Shown here: positions 1-11,254 of the stretch, piece after piece | Position numbering within the stretch: position 1 is the stretch's first letter | How the letters are laid out: each line of letters begins with the position of its first letter | Origin: Nemertoderma westbladi | Lineage: Eukaryota > Animalia > Xenacoelomorpha | Direction: 5' to 3' | Length of the DNA stretch: 44,437 nucleotides | Assembly: GCA_032718475.1 (NCBI GenBank) | Contig: JAUCBJ010004897.1 | Span: 1 to 44,437, forward strand | Made by a program: the position numbers and the translations under genes | The notes under the pieces: model-generated | The model's input: only the letters and a program-made list of their open reading frames with translations | Told to the model about the DNA's origin: nothing | Databases searched by the model: none

Positions 1-91
1 CTGTGACACTTGGACCCAACTGACACCCATTGGGTGTCATATGACACCCAATTATCACCCTATGGGTGTCAGTTGGGTCCAAGTGTCACAG
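1..91. repeat. Perfect 30-bp inverted repeat with internal 20-bp palindrome (MITE/foldback-like; may extend beyond the window start)
   Basis: 1-30 CTGTGACACTTGGACCCAACTGACACCCAT is the exact reverse complement of 62-91; 31-50 TGGGTGTCATATGACACCCA is self-complementary. Confidence 0.85.
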
Positions 92-324
92 AGAGGAGGA
101 AGACCCTACTAATTCCATTCATATTTATATTTAAAGTGTGCGCTAAGATTCCGGTGATGTAAGTTGAATTGTAATGGAAACAAGTCACATTTCATCATTT
201 TCAAAACACTAAATTTATACTAAAATATGGAGTTAATCCGATGAATATAAAAACCGTTCCTGAGGACATTTTTTTGAATTGCAAATTACACAAAATCCTC
301 AATAATGCATTTTTAATGAAAGAT

Positions 325-405
325 TTTCCCAGTGTTCGAGTGGATACGGCGCCTGAACTGCTTTCGTAGTATTGTTTGGTGGTGCAGGTTCGAATCCATC
401 TAAAG
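325..405 (+). mobile_element. Degenerate tRNA-derived SINE head or tRNA pseudogene
   Basis: A-box-like AGTGTTCGAGTGG (331-343) and B-box GGTTCGAATCC (387-397); no clean cloverleaf. Confidence 0.5.
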
Positions 406-765
406 TCTGTATAAATTTCGCACTGTTGTCACGCCAATACAGTGGTATAATGGGATGCATTTATGTGGGCAGAGTGTCGGCACAGATTCGACACAGTCTA
501 AAGCCGACACTGCCGCCCCCCTAGTAATAAAATTTTTCATAAAATGCAAAAAAACATGAAATTACCTTTTCTGTGATTGAACGCCTTTAAACCATAGGGT
601 TTTGTATGGATCTTATCTCCTATTGGCTCGTTATTAGTAAGTAAATACATCGTTTTTTATCAGGATTATGTTAACAAGTAGGCCTATAGCTGCTACGTTA
701 ATATTCCTATTATATTAATATAGTTATAATTTTGGTTGGGCTTAGCCTAATGAAGTCTGCATTTT

Positions 766-832
766 CGTCCTGGTGGGATTGGACAGGTGATATTCAGGTT
801 GGAAGTCTGACGCTCTAACCATTCACATAAAC
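766..832 (-). mobile_element. Degenerate tRNA(Gly-TCC)-like SINE head
   Basis: Minus strand reads GAATGGTTAGAGCG-TCAGA-CTTCCAA-CCTGA...TCCAATCCCACCAGGACG: D-arm-like segment, anticodon arm with TCC, decayed T-arm. Confidence 0.45.
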
Positions 833-955
833 GACACGGATGAAAGGTAGACCTTGAAACCCTACCAGATAGCTTGAATGAACAGAATTTACGATCTCAG
901 GGTCTCCCATATCTCAATACAAATCATCTGTAGTCACTGTACTCAATCAATATAT

Positions 956-1001
956 ACATATACTATTGTATACTATACTATTGTATACTATACTATTGTA
1001 T
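956..1001. repeat. Short tandem repeat, ~15-bp unit (TACTATTGTATACTA), ~3 copies
   Basis: Directly visible repeated unit. Confidence 0.7.
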
Positions 1002-1810
1002 GGGAATTCAAATATTACGTTAATGTTGAACGAATGGTAATTTAATATTGAAGAAAACAAACATATCAACTGTATGTTAAATCAAGTCGATGAGAGAGCG
1101 ATATCAATGTGTAATTTACTTTAATGTTGAAGTATGTATTTTTTTATTATCTTGTATTTTCTTATTTGTATTTTTGTCATACTGTAGTTATAAGGCCGTC
1201 TGGTCGGCAGATGATACTTATTGGATATAGACATTAATGTAGGAGTGAGTTATGAACAGTTCTACTGTTACTACTACAATATTATACTAGGGTTGGTTCA
1301 CTGGAATTATTCATTTCAGAAACACGTAGTCTTGGAACTCTGTTCCTTTTGTCTCGATAAATTGCTCCAACATATACTCCTACCTATGCAAAGTGCATTA
1401 ATTATATGATACAGTTGGCACTTTAACTTTTACAATATTTTTGATCCCGGGGTGGTAGAGGGCAGTCATTCAAATTTGTTACAATTTTAGATTATGAATT
1501 TATGCTTGCCAAGTCGTGACAGTGCTAACACGGCCTAATTATTAGCCGGAATTGTAGTCAAATTGTCTCAACTTTTTTTTGAGATATTATTAGTACTTTT
1601 GTTATAACTTCAGGACTTTTTTTTACTTTTTATTAATTTAGAGACTTTAAAAATCGTTGGTGGCACATGAGAGCCTTTGAGAGTCTGAAACTTCTTGCGG
1701 AAACAAAAATTACCAAGAATTTCAAAATTTAGGATCTAATAGTTGTGATATATTTTGAAAATATCATGTGGAATATAAATTTAGGGAAAATGTGATTTTG
1801 ACACATAATA

Positions 1811-2724
1811 TAGTCGAGTCAATCTAGCAAAAAACCCATAAGTATTTCGCAATCACTCCGAACCACACATTTTGGATTCTATATTACCTTATTAATGACC
1901 AAAAAAATTATATAAAATTTTATTTTGCAGATCATATGTTTATTCATGGAAATTCTGCGTAAATTTGCATAACACAAGCCAAACAAAAGGAACAGTAGGT
2001 AAAAGTAAGTAGCAAATTGGTGATGTTCCAGAATAATTTAATTAATTTCACAATACGCTGTGATTCATTGGGAAATTAGTAATAGTTACACTGGCGTGTT
2101 ACACATTAATTGCTATATCTCGGAAACTAGAAGTCGCATCGAATTTTCAAATATATCAAAAATTTCAGAGATTTTTCACATAATTAAATTGTGATTGCTC
2201 TATTGATTTTAGGTGTAATATATAAATTTGTTTTAGTTTGAAAACCACAATAGTTTATCATAAAACAAATAAATTTTTTGGGGATAAGGGTTTTTGAGGT
2301 CGATAAATCCGATGGGCGAGGTTACATCCACCCGTTTAGTAGAGAAGTTGTGTAAATAAGGTCCTTATATTGTACCAGCAAAATTGGTATTAAAAATGGT
2401 AAAATTATTAGACAAATTTCCGTTGCTCTGGAAACTAAATTGGTAACTATATAGAAGTGCATACTTCAGTCAATCGATAGTAATTAGAGTAAAGTTTGTC
2501 TGTACCAAATTTGGAGAAAATCCCACCAATAGACCCCTTGTTGCTATGTAAAATCCATGTTGCTAAGGAAAGAATCAGGAAATTGAAGGAGATCCGCATA
2601 ATATATTATTATAGACTTTTTTGGGAGTATTAACAAGGTAATGTAGAATAAAAAAAAGTTGGTTTGGATGAATTGCGAATTTGTTATGGGTTGACCCCCT
2701 TTTTCGGCTAGATTGACTCGCCTA
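1811..2724. mobile_element. Non-autonomous TIR DNA transposon relic (~0.9 kb)
   Basis: Left end TAGTCGAGTCAATCTAGC...AACCCATAA matches the reverse complement of the right end (TAGGCGAGTCAATCTAGC...AACCCATAA); non-coding AT-rich interior. Confidence 0.65.
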
Positions 2725-2931
2725 CTACACACACTACGTGATATTAACACACGTAATGTAGTGTACATTACCAAACCATTTTAGATAGTAATTTGCTTAA
2801 TTCATAACAAGCTTATTTCAGTTGAGATACAGTGATATTAAAACCATCATATTTGCTTTTACTTTAGATATTCTTGTTCTTGTATAAATAAATACTTATT
2901 TAGTGATTTGAAATTCACACGGTAGAACTCT

Positions 2932-2967
2932 TAGAGCACACCAAATGGATATATTTGGTGTGCTCTA
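2932..2967. repeat. Perfect 15-bp hairpin upstream of the glycosyltransferase gene
   Basis: TAGAGCACACCAAAT-GGATAT-ATTTGGTGTGCTCTA. Confidence 0.8.
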
Positions 2968-3293
2968 CAAAATCAAACACAACACAACAAAACAATAATT
3001 AATGAATACATAGCATATTGCATTTAATTTACTATTTGAATTAAACGTGTCTGTATAAAGTACAAAGTTCATAGTATTTAATGGAAGTCAATAGAGGTAT
3101 ACATAATAACTATAAAAAACGCCAATATCGCAGGTGGTTGTGAAACTGTTAATTTGGTATTTCAAATTTCAACCAATTATTTAACGGTTCACTTACACTA
3201 TAAAAGTAAAATTGACTTCAATAGAATTGGGAAATACTAATTTAATTTTATGATTAATTGAAATTAGCTATTAAAGAGTTTGTAGTTTTTAAT

Positions 3294-4346
3294 ATGAAGC
3301 ACTTTACATTATTATTTGTACAGAAGCGAAGAAAACTGGTGTTTGTTTTATTTGCGTTCTGTTTGTTATTTTGGATTTCCGCAATTGTATTACGCAATTA
3401 TCTAGTCGATCCATACGCTATAAATTGTCAACCTTCCCAAGACGCCATTAACTTTAGTCAAACGTCGGTACGTCGCTCAACCGCCGTTGTTCCAAACATC
3501 GTCCACCAAATATGGCTGGACAGATTAGAGTTCGAATTCATACATTACATATGTCTGCTATCGGTTTATAGAAATATCAAACCCGATGTCATTTACTTTC
3601 ATACGAACATGGGGCTGGAATTTACTGGAAGTCTTAATGGTTCTGAACCTTGGTTTAGCAAAGCGAAGCAACTCATTCCTAATATTGTTGTCAAGGAAAT
3701 CGTAGCCCCAGAATCTGTTTTTGGTATAAAAATGTCCACGAAGGTCTTTCGAGTTTCACATCAAACAGACGTTCTTAGATTACAATTACTACAGGAATAT
3801 GGGGGTATTTACCTCGACAGTGATGTTATTGGATTTCATCCTTTCGGAGAACTTCTTCAGTACGACTTCACTGTTAATCGTCATGATGAGGTCTCCCTCA
3901 TGTCCGGTATCATTTTATCTCGGAAAGATTCGACGTTTCTCAAATGCTTCTATGAGACTTTCAAATTCTACAACCCCAACTGTTTTACTTGCGCTTGTTG
4001 CGATAATATGCTTAAAATTGGATCATTAAACTCACATTTAATAAACCTCCGAGAGGATTTGGTTTACCCAATGTGGAAGTTGGGTGATATTCAGCGATAT
4101 GCCAATTACACATGGTCTACTGGGAAGTACACAACCCATATATGGCTCAACGCTTGGAATGAAAGGCATGAGAAAATAACTAAAGATAATTTTCACTGCC
4201 TCAAATCGTATTTTGGAGAAATTATACAATCCATTTACTACAATGGAAATCCATCAAAACCTTGCTCTGATAGAGAAATGGAAAAACGTGTGCCGAAATA
4301 TCGAGCTTTTTTGTTGGAGTGGAATAGGGAAGGACTTATTGAATAA
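3294..4346 (+). CDS. GT32 / DXD sugar-binding glycosyltransferase (alpha-1,4-GlcNAc/Gal-transferase-like), type II membrane protein, ~350 aa
   Basis: Uninterrupted ORF with first ATG at 3294 (the track start at 3258 is TTG). Basic residues KRRK then a TM segment LVFVLFAFCLLFWISAIVL; family motifs VPNIVHQIW, ICLLSV..NIKPD.IYFH, HQTDVLRLQLLQEYGGIYLDSDV (DSD at 3816-3824). AATAAA near 4529. A possible acceptor (ttattatttgtacag, ~3323) means the N-terminus could come from an upstream exon. Confidence 0.9.
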   Translation: MKHFTLLFVQKRRKLVFVLFAFCLLFWISAIVLRNYLVDPYAINCQPSQDAINFSQTSVRRSTAVVPNIVHQIWLDRLEFEFIHYICLLSVYRNIKPDVIYFHTNMGLEFTGSLNGSEPWFSKAKQLIPNIVVKEIVAPESVFGIKMSTKVFRVSHQTDVLRLQLLQEYGGIYLDSDVIGFHPFGELLQYDFTVNRHDEVSLMSGIILSRKDSTFLKCFYETFKFYNPNCFTCACCDNMLKIGSLNSHLINLREDLVYPMWKLGDIQRYANYTWSTGKYTTHIWLNAWNERHEKITKDNFHCLKSYFGEIIQSIYYNGNPSKPCSDREMEKRVPKYRAFLLEWNREGLIE

Positions 4347-4568
4347 GGATGAGGTCATATATCTAATGACTAAATATTGCTAAAAATTGTCTATTTTATT
4401 AAATTGTTATTCTTCAGATTCGAACAATTCATACTAACGGAGTAGGAAGACTGAGCATCACCCTGCAGAAACAATGTGCCTGATCAGATGATTGTGATCG
4501 CTTCTATCACAGGGGAGATCAACATGCAATAAAATTCATAGCTATGAGAAGAAGAACATAACATTTTT

Positions 4569-4716
4569 GGAGTCCGGACAATTGCGACCCGGACAATTGC
4601 GACCCGGACAATTGCGACCCGGACAATTGCGACCCGGACAATTGCGACCAGGTCAATTGCGGCACATGTTTTTAAATAAAAATTATGGGACGCAATTGCC
4701 GGGTCGCAATTGTCCT
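4569..4716. mobile_element. Foldback/MITE-like element built of 15-bp subunits (GGACAATTGCGACCC)
   Basis: About 6 direct copies at 4575-4663, then inverted copies GCAATTGCCGGGTCGCAATTGTCC at 4692-4715. Confidence 0.7.
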
Positions 4717-6892
4717 AACATCAACATTTTCATTTATATGTTTATTACAATGTAAATATTATGTTAACGCCTTGATTAAAATATCCAATAACATATGACA
4801 TGTGATATACCAGACTTAATTAAATATTGATTTCAATTACTTGTATGATGATGCCCTGACAGATAACGAATAATAAAAGCTAACAAACAATGACTGAACT
4901 TTACCTGTGTTTTACCTTAGCGCAAAGAGTGCGGCATACCTAAAACATTTCGGTTCTACACATCTCGGGTCTAAAATACTGGATATATTATATTATATAT
5001 CCAACTGACACAGGTATTATGAATAAAGCGAAACAGATATTCGATTAAATATTTCCACATAAAGCATTCCCATGCAGCATACTTCAATACCAGCTATACT
5101 GCATATAAGAATAATACTATTTGATTGGAAACTTCATTAAAACCATAATTATATATTTTCTAAGGAACGTGACATTTAGCGAAATGAACATCAAGCAATG
5201 GTTTTGCAGGGATTCCCTTAGGCTTAGCCACATTATCACTGTGTAATGGTCAGTGGTATGTCTTCCTGCTTGTCATACCTATGATTACCAATAGGGTTTT
5301 AAACACATCCGATTCCCAGCTACCTACCGCGATGCTCGTAGCATCCGTTCGTTAAGTAACGCTTTGTTATGAAAAATATTTCATTATTTAATTGGTGCGG
5401 GACAATTATTATACGAGGCGTGTTCGCAAACATGGGTTCCGTTGGAAAACAGGACCATAGGCCTTTCCGCTGCCCACTTGGATGACAGGAACCGTGGAAC
5501 CTCATTACCGGTACAACATGTAAGTTGAATTTGAAACACGCAAAAGATCAATGTAACGTTGATCGATACTCCTACACTAAACAGCCGCGCCCTTCCCGGA
5601 CGATGGTTGAGGTTCTAACCTTTGGCAGTTTTGTGAGATAGTGTTCAAAAGCCAGGTTCATCCAGGTGCACATAGTGCCACAGTTGCACCTATTATTGTC
5701 CCAAAAGACTCCCGCGTTCCACCAAAGGCAATACTCTCACATGAATCTGATAACGCGAATTCGCTTTGCTTGTCATTATTTTCAGGGTGGTGGGTGGCAG
5801 CCCTCCTCCACTCACTTCAAGCCTGTCCAACAAGTAAAACCACCCTTCATTAGCAAAGCGATACACATTTGAAGCAGGTAGCTAATCGACAAACCTCCAT
5901 CTTATCAGTACATTTATATTTAACGGCTTGTCCTTATCAAAATGGAACTATAATTGGTAGGAAATCGTGGACTCGCCCTTCCTGTGTATTTGAGAAGTAC
6001 AGCGACTCAATGAATCTGACTCCATCTTGAGATTACAATGTGATTTCCTACCGCGCGCAGGTCCATTATGTACACTTACTGCATATACTCATCGAAAATC
6101 GGCATACGCTATTTCTTGCAACCCCCTATTGTTGGTTAGTAATGTCGTCGGTCCATTAGTCCGTATTGGCGCGATTCAATGCGTGTGTGTGATGGGGTGT
6201 TACCGCTAGGCTCTCTCCTTGGAATACAATTTCCGGGGAACTCTTGGTTTGTCCTGTAACCCAATTGTCGCGCACCCTTGCGCTCCCTCGACACTGAGTT
6301 TTTATCCAACTTCATAACATTTGACATATCAGTCATGTATAATTTAAGAGTTCGCTGCTAGAAATATACGATATGCAAAGTAAACAAATGCATCGTGAAT
6401 CTTCTGATAGTAATATGTTGGGGGAGAATATTTAAGAATATTTGAATGGGAATAGAGTATAGCATTAATTTGAGATTCTCAAATTAATTTTGGAAAACAG
6501 TAGAGGTAGTATTCTAATCATGACATCGAATTGTAGGCCTACTATCGCTTATAAATAGTGGTTGAGTGGGTTCTTAATTAATGTACCATGCACAAATTAA
6601 TAGCTCACATAAAAATATGTTTTTGGGGTTTTGATGAAACGACTTGATTGTGCATAAACTATTTGTAACAACGTATTTGTTACTAATTGGAAGTTGCGAC
6701 TTCCTATAAAAATATTATTCTGTAATAAATATTACATTCTGATCTAAATTAACAGGTTTGCATCTTAAAATTGTAAAATATCGCCCGTCAAAGAGATTTC
6801 AGGGTATTTAAATTTATATAAGATAAATCCGAAGATATGAAATTTATTATCTGACGATTAAAATTCCGTATTATGAAAAAGAAAGACTTATT

Positions 6893-7100
6893 AAGCATTG
6901 CCAGACTGTTAAGTGGCCATGGGACACCATCAAATGTCTCTGATATTAACCCCAAATCATCAGCAAAGTCCAAAGACGATGTCTATCAAGTGTAATGAGG
7001 CTTTTCATCAACTTCTACTACCACTGTAAGTTGATCAAGAGACATTCACAGCACATCCACCACAATAATGGCGAAGAATGGAGCAATGGTGTAACCTGTG
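6893..7100 (-). pseudogene. Decayed RTE-like LINE reverse transcriptase fragment
   Basis: Minus strand gives GYTIAPFFAIIVVDVL*MSLD and LDFADDLGLISETFDG, matching GDTLAPFLFIIVVDYVLRMSLD and LDFDDDLGVLSESLEG in the 8151-9452 ORF. Confidence 0.75.
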
Positions 7101-7875
7101 TCAAAACGTGTTCAGGAAATATGGATGTCTATGTGCTGCTAAGGGAAGTGCGGCGAAGATATCAGGCGTTCATTGCACCCAAACAAATCTAAACGAACGG
7201 AATAATTAACCTGCGGCGACTCGCTACCGCACAGCTATGGGCCAACTCCAATATATTAATCGCAACAGAGCAGCTCGTGTGTGTATGGCCTGTCGGATTG
7301 CGCTTATAAATAAATCAGCTCAGCTGCAATCGATGTCATTGTAACTACAGTAGGCCGTTCGCGGTATCCGTTCTCATTACGTGTCATTATTGTCTGTTTT
7401 CAGTTCGCCGACATTAAATGTTAAATGCCCCATAGCACAACGCCAAGGCCATCAATATGTTGTGCTCATGATAATTATATGAGTTCATTAGGAACGACAG
7501 GATGCCTTCAATTTCAGGCAACAACTTGGTTTCACAACATATTTTCCCAAATGAGACTTAATAATAATTGTTCATGATCAAATAGGTTATTTATTAGATG
7601 TTTTGAACTAAAATGAATTTATTATGCGAATCTATCAAATGTAATTAGATAGTAGTGTAGTAAATCCCCATATGGGAAATACTGTGATGATGGGTTGAGG
7701 TGGGATGAACATTTATTCCTCACTCACTTATTTTATGAATCAAACATATATTATCATCGTTTAGTTTTTGCTGATTAACAGTAAATTACATTGGTTTTTA
7801 TTACGACACACCAACCGCTTTCAGGGAAGAGTTAGTTCATTGTGTTAATATTGTTATAAAGGTGAAATTTGGGGT

Positions 7876-8150
7876 CTACTACTAGGATCGGCATGCTGCA
7901 TTGCAGCTGCATTTTTAAAAATGATGTGCCGGCTTGTCGACAAAATTGCGCCGCCACAACTCCCTATCACCCATGACATTTGCTAGATCATCCGCTTCTT
8001 CAAGGCCAGTGTCCTTTAAGATGCGTCTCAAGAAAGTCATGGGCTGTCCACCATGCTTATTCACTCCATGAGGCTGCCAAAGTACAAGATTATGCACTGG
8101 ATGGCCCTCACGGCGAAAGCAATGTCCTGCAAAATGGAGGCCATTTTGTT
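7876..8150 (-). mobile_element. 3' fragment of RTE-like LINE (ORF C-terminus, 3'UTR, TAG tail)
   Basis: Minus frame LHFAGHCFRREGHPVHNLVLWQP..GGQPMTFLRRILKDTG..MGDRELWR is a typical RTE C-terminus; ends in GCAGCTGCAATGCAGCATGCCGATCCTAGTAGTAG. Confidence 0.85.
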
Positions 8151-8157
8151 CTAGTGT

Positions 8158-9705
8158 CTAGTACTACTACTACTACTAGGATCGGCATGCTGCATTGCAG
8201 CTGCATTTTTAAGAATGCTGTGCCGGCCGGTACAGAAGTCATCCACATGCTCAAGCATCCCATCTTTTGATTTTATGCTCATCCGATCAGAGACTTGCTG
8301 AGGACTTTCAAAGTTAACTGTCAAAATTTTGGTCTTTCTGGAGTTAATAAAAAGACCAACACTAGAAGCAGCATGTTCTAATAAGCTGAGGAGCCGTTGG
8401 GCTCCCTCTAGTGATTCTGAGAGTACTCCTAAGTCATCATCAAAGTCTAGATCAGTTAGGTACTTGGCAGGAATTCTTCGACTTCTGGAGCCAGTAGGTG
8501 GAGTTATCATCACCCCATCATCATTATGATAATCTAAGGACATGCGTAGAACATAGTCAACAACAATTATGAACAAGAATGGTGCAAGTGTGTCTCCCTG
8601 GAGGACGCCCCATAACACTTCAAATGGTTCTGTGTCACCGTCAACAGTAGACACAAATGTTGTCGAACCATCGTATACTGATCTGATTGCTGCAATAATT
8701 TCCTCAGGAATCCCATATAATGAAAGTATGCTGAACATACGTGAGCGAGAGACTGAATCAAAAGCCTTGAAGAAGTCAACAAAGATACCAGCCAGATGCC
8801 TGTCTTTCTTTTTTGATAACTCTTCAATTGTCCTTCTAAGTGCCAAAATGGGCTCCATGGTCCCACGACCTTTGCGGAACCCATTCTGATTTCCACGGAG
8901 CAGTCTCTCAATGGGATCCCGGATGCGATTTAATAGAATTCTATTGTATAGCTTTGCAGCAATCGAGATCAATGAGATTCCCCGAAAAGAACCATAGAGT
9001 GTTAGGTTGCCCTTCTTGGGAACTGGCACCAACTTATTTGTTTTCATTTCTTGTGGGACTCTTGTTGTACGGTGCATGTCTACTATGATGGGATAGATGA
9101 GCTTTAAACACTCAGGTATTTTAAAGACCTCAGGGGGAACACCATCTACTCCACTGGCACGATTGGTCTTAATGCTCTTTGCAGCAGCCTTCACTTCTGC
9201 AAAGGAGATATCACCAATGGGAATATCTGGGTGTACAGACTCAGACACTTTTACTTCTATAAAGTTATCAGGCAATACCCTGTCATTATTGAGGAGCTTT
9301 TCAAAGTGGGCCTTCCAACCATTGAGGCGATCGGCTGGTGATTCAGCCTTAACCTTGGTGGTTAGTTTGTTTTTTCCGACCAGTAAGCAAGTTGATCGAT
9401 TTCCATGCCTGGGATGATTGCCTGTTGTCGTCAGCATCATTGATGGCATCAACCTGTTGGTTTATTAGCTCTTGTAGATTAACAGAGTACTGCCTGTTCA
9501 GGGACCTAGATTCAGCCTTAACTGCATTCTTGGCCGCTGTAGTCTGTTTGAGTCGGGACTCTTTCTGTGCCCTATAGAGGTCATTTCGGCACTTCTGAAT
9601 TTTGTTGTCAGTCCAGGGGGCCCTTTTCCTGTTTCGAGGGTATACAGGAACTGTTTCTGCAGCTGCTAACTTAACAGCTTCTCTGAATGCAGTGTGAAGG
9701 CAATT
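8158..9705 (-). mobile_element. 5'-truncated, internally deleted RTE-like LINE with RT domain (inactive)
   Basis: RT motifs ASGVDGVPPE, VPVPKKGNL..FRGISL, QNGFRKGR, IFVDFFKAFDSV, GVLQGDTLAPFLF, LDFDDD (FADD altered), GLFINSRKTK. Frameshift in the A-run near 9370. The ORF jumps from LEHVDDF directly to the 3'UTR and (TAG)n tail. Confidence 0.93.
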
Positions 9706-9844
9706 GGGGGTCGATCTTCCCGTTAATTTAATCTATTCCAATTCAATGCAATGTATACCACAACTATTGATTGAAAGATTGAATAGTAAGTAGTTGTAAG
9801 TTAGTAGTACATTAGTAACTAAGTCTTATGAGATTTTGAGGTTT

Positions 9845-10450
9845 TTGATGAGGTTTTTAATTAAAGACAATGGGGTGGTTGGCGACTTGCTCTCCTTTTA
9901 GCAGATAACAGTGGTAATGATGGTAATTGGTCATTGATGAACCCAACTGCACATGCAGCATTGGACAAAATAGACCAAATCACCAATCACATCAGATATT
10001 GCCATTTCTTATGTTCAGGCATCAGCATGCATTCTTATCTTTCCAGCGAGACTTTAATGCCAGTTTCCATAGGTCTACAGCGATAGTGTTAACCGAAATT
10101 CAGTCCATTTTCAGGATTTCATCTCTGGAAGTGTAATATTGTCGGCTGGGACCCAGTTTAAGAAGACGAACTGGAAAGCTGTGGACTCAAACTGGACCCA
10201 GTGGTCATAAGTCCCATAAACACGATTCTGTTTTGTAAGAAATACTGTATAGACTGTACACGTACAGGATTAATTCATCCCAGTTTCACCAACGACCATT
10301 GTCTTATTGTGGTTAAAGTTTAAACTAGATCCCTGAACACTCTGATAAATCTACGGGAACTTATAAATCAGCAGATTAATGCCATCAATGATGCCAATGT
10401 CAGCAGGCCATAATCAGGGCACAGAAATCAATCAACTCGCTAACTGGTAC
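9845..10450 (+). pseudogene. Decayed, internally deleted copy of the same LINE family (endonuclease region plus linker), opposite orientation
   Basis: 9850-10010 aligns by eye with the reverse complement of 36650-36812 (VLIKDMGGGWRLALASADDSGNGG..MNPTAHA.LDKIDQI); 10348-10448 aligns with the reverse complement of 9380-9480. Confidence 0.85.
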
Positions 10451-10639
10451 TAATATCGGTATCCCCGCCAGATGCTGACATGTCGAGGCGACACATTGAT
10501 TCCATTACTATTCATATCTTGAACTACGAATTATTGTTTCATATTTCTATTGAGGGATACACTAAACAATAACAAGAGACAACATTGTTACAAACACAGG
10601 GGCGTTATAGTACAATACTATTTGTAACAATTATTCTAC

Positions 10640-10820
10640 GTGAATGCAGACTAAGATTCACTGGTCACTGCTGTGGAAGTAAAGACGAGGTCATACAATA
10701 TTTACTTACACAAGGAAAACGTAGCCGTGGACGACCGGCTATGACATATAGAATGATTTGAAAGGGATACTGGACTTGGGAGAAACAAAATGCAACAACT
10801 ATGTAGATGTAGAATCTGGA
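10640..10820 (+). pseudogene. C-terminal fragment of a second RTE-like LINE family
   Basis: Translates to RLRFTGHCCGSKDEVIQYLL..QGKRSRGRPAMTY..ERDTGL with indels. Confidence 0.7.
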
Positions 10821-10868
10821 CTACTACTGAGTGCTACTTTCGGTATGCTACATTGCAGCTCCATTATA
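10821..10868 (-). mobile_element. Relic LINE 3'UTR and TAG tail
   Basis: CTACTACT...CGGTATGCTACATTGCAGCTCCATT resembles CTACTACTAGGATCGGCATGCTGCATTGCAGCTGCATT at 7876 and 8170. Confidence 0.65.
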
Positions 10869-10957
10869 TAAATTATTATTCAAATAATTGAGCATAGGTT
10901 ATGGTTTTGTAGCTTATTAGATTAGCCAAAAGTAGCTCAACAAAAAGAAATATGTTT

Positions 10958-11248
10958 AGTACCCTCCACATCACAGTCTACCGTAACTACAGTGTCTATC
11001 AAAAACACCTCCGTATTTCCCAACAATCGCTGTCAATGAAAATAATGGTGTAGCAATACAGTAACAGTGTCAGCCGAAGTCTGCTATTTCCGATTGACCC
11101 CACAGATATGTATCCACAATAATGTTTTGGCGTGATAAAATAAACAAATCAGTTCATTTCAAAGATAGGAAATAGAATGTTGCATTACGCAGGCGTTTTT
11201 AAATTACAGCAATGGTAGGCAAGACGGAGGAGTGATGTGGAGGATACT
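10958..11248. mobile_element. MITE (~290 bp) with 17-bp TIRs
   Basis: AGTACCCTCCACATCAC (10958-10974) versus GTGATGTGGAGGATACT (11232-11248), 1 mismatch. Confidence 0.65.
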
Positions 11249-11254
11249 TAATAT

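Noticed and set aside
325-832. Functional tRNA genes (also 42363-42437)
   Set aside because: Acceptor and T stems do not pair properly; better explained as SINE heads or pseudogenes.
4567-4755. ORF with PGQLR repeats
   Set aside because: Translation of the 15-bp TE subunit; non-ATG start.
8151-9452. Functional RT gene or retron/group II intron/DGR-type system
   Set aside because: Motifs are non-LTR RTE type; the copy is frameshifted, internally deleted and has FDDD in place of FADD; no associated ncRNA or accessory genes.
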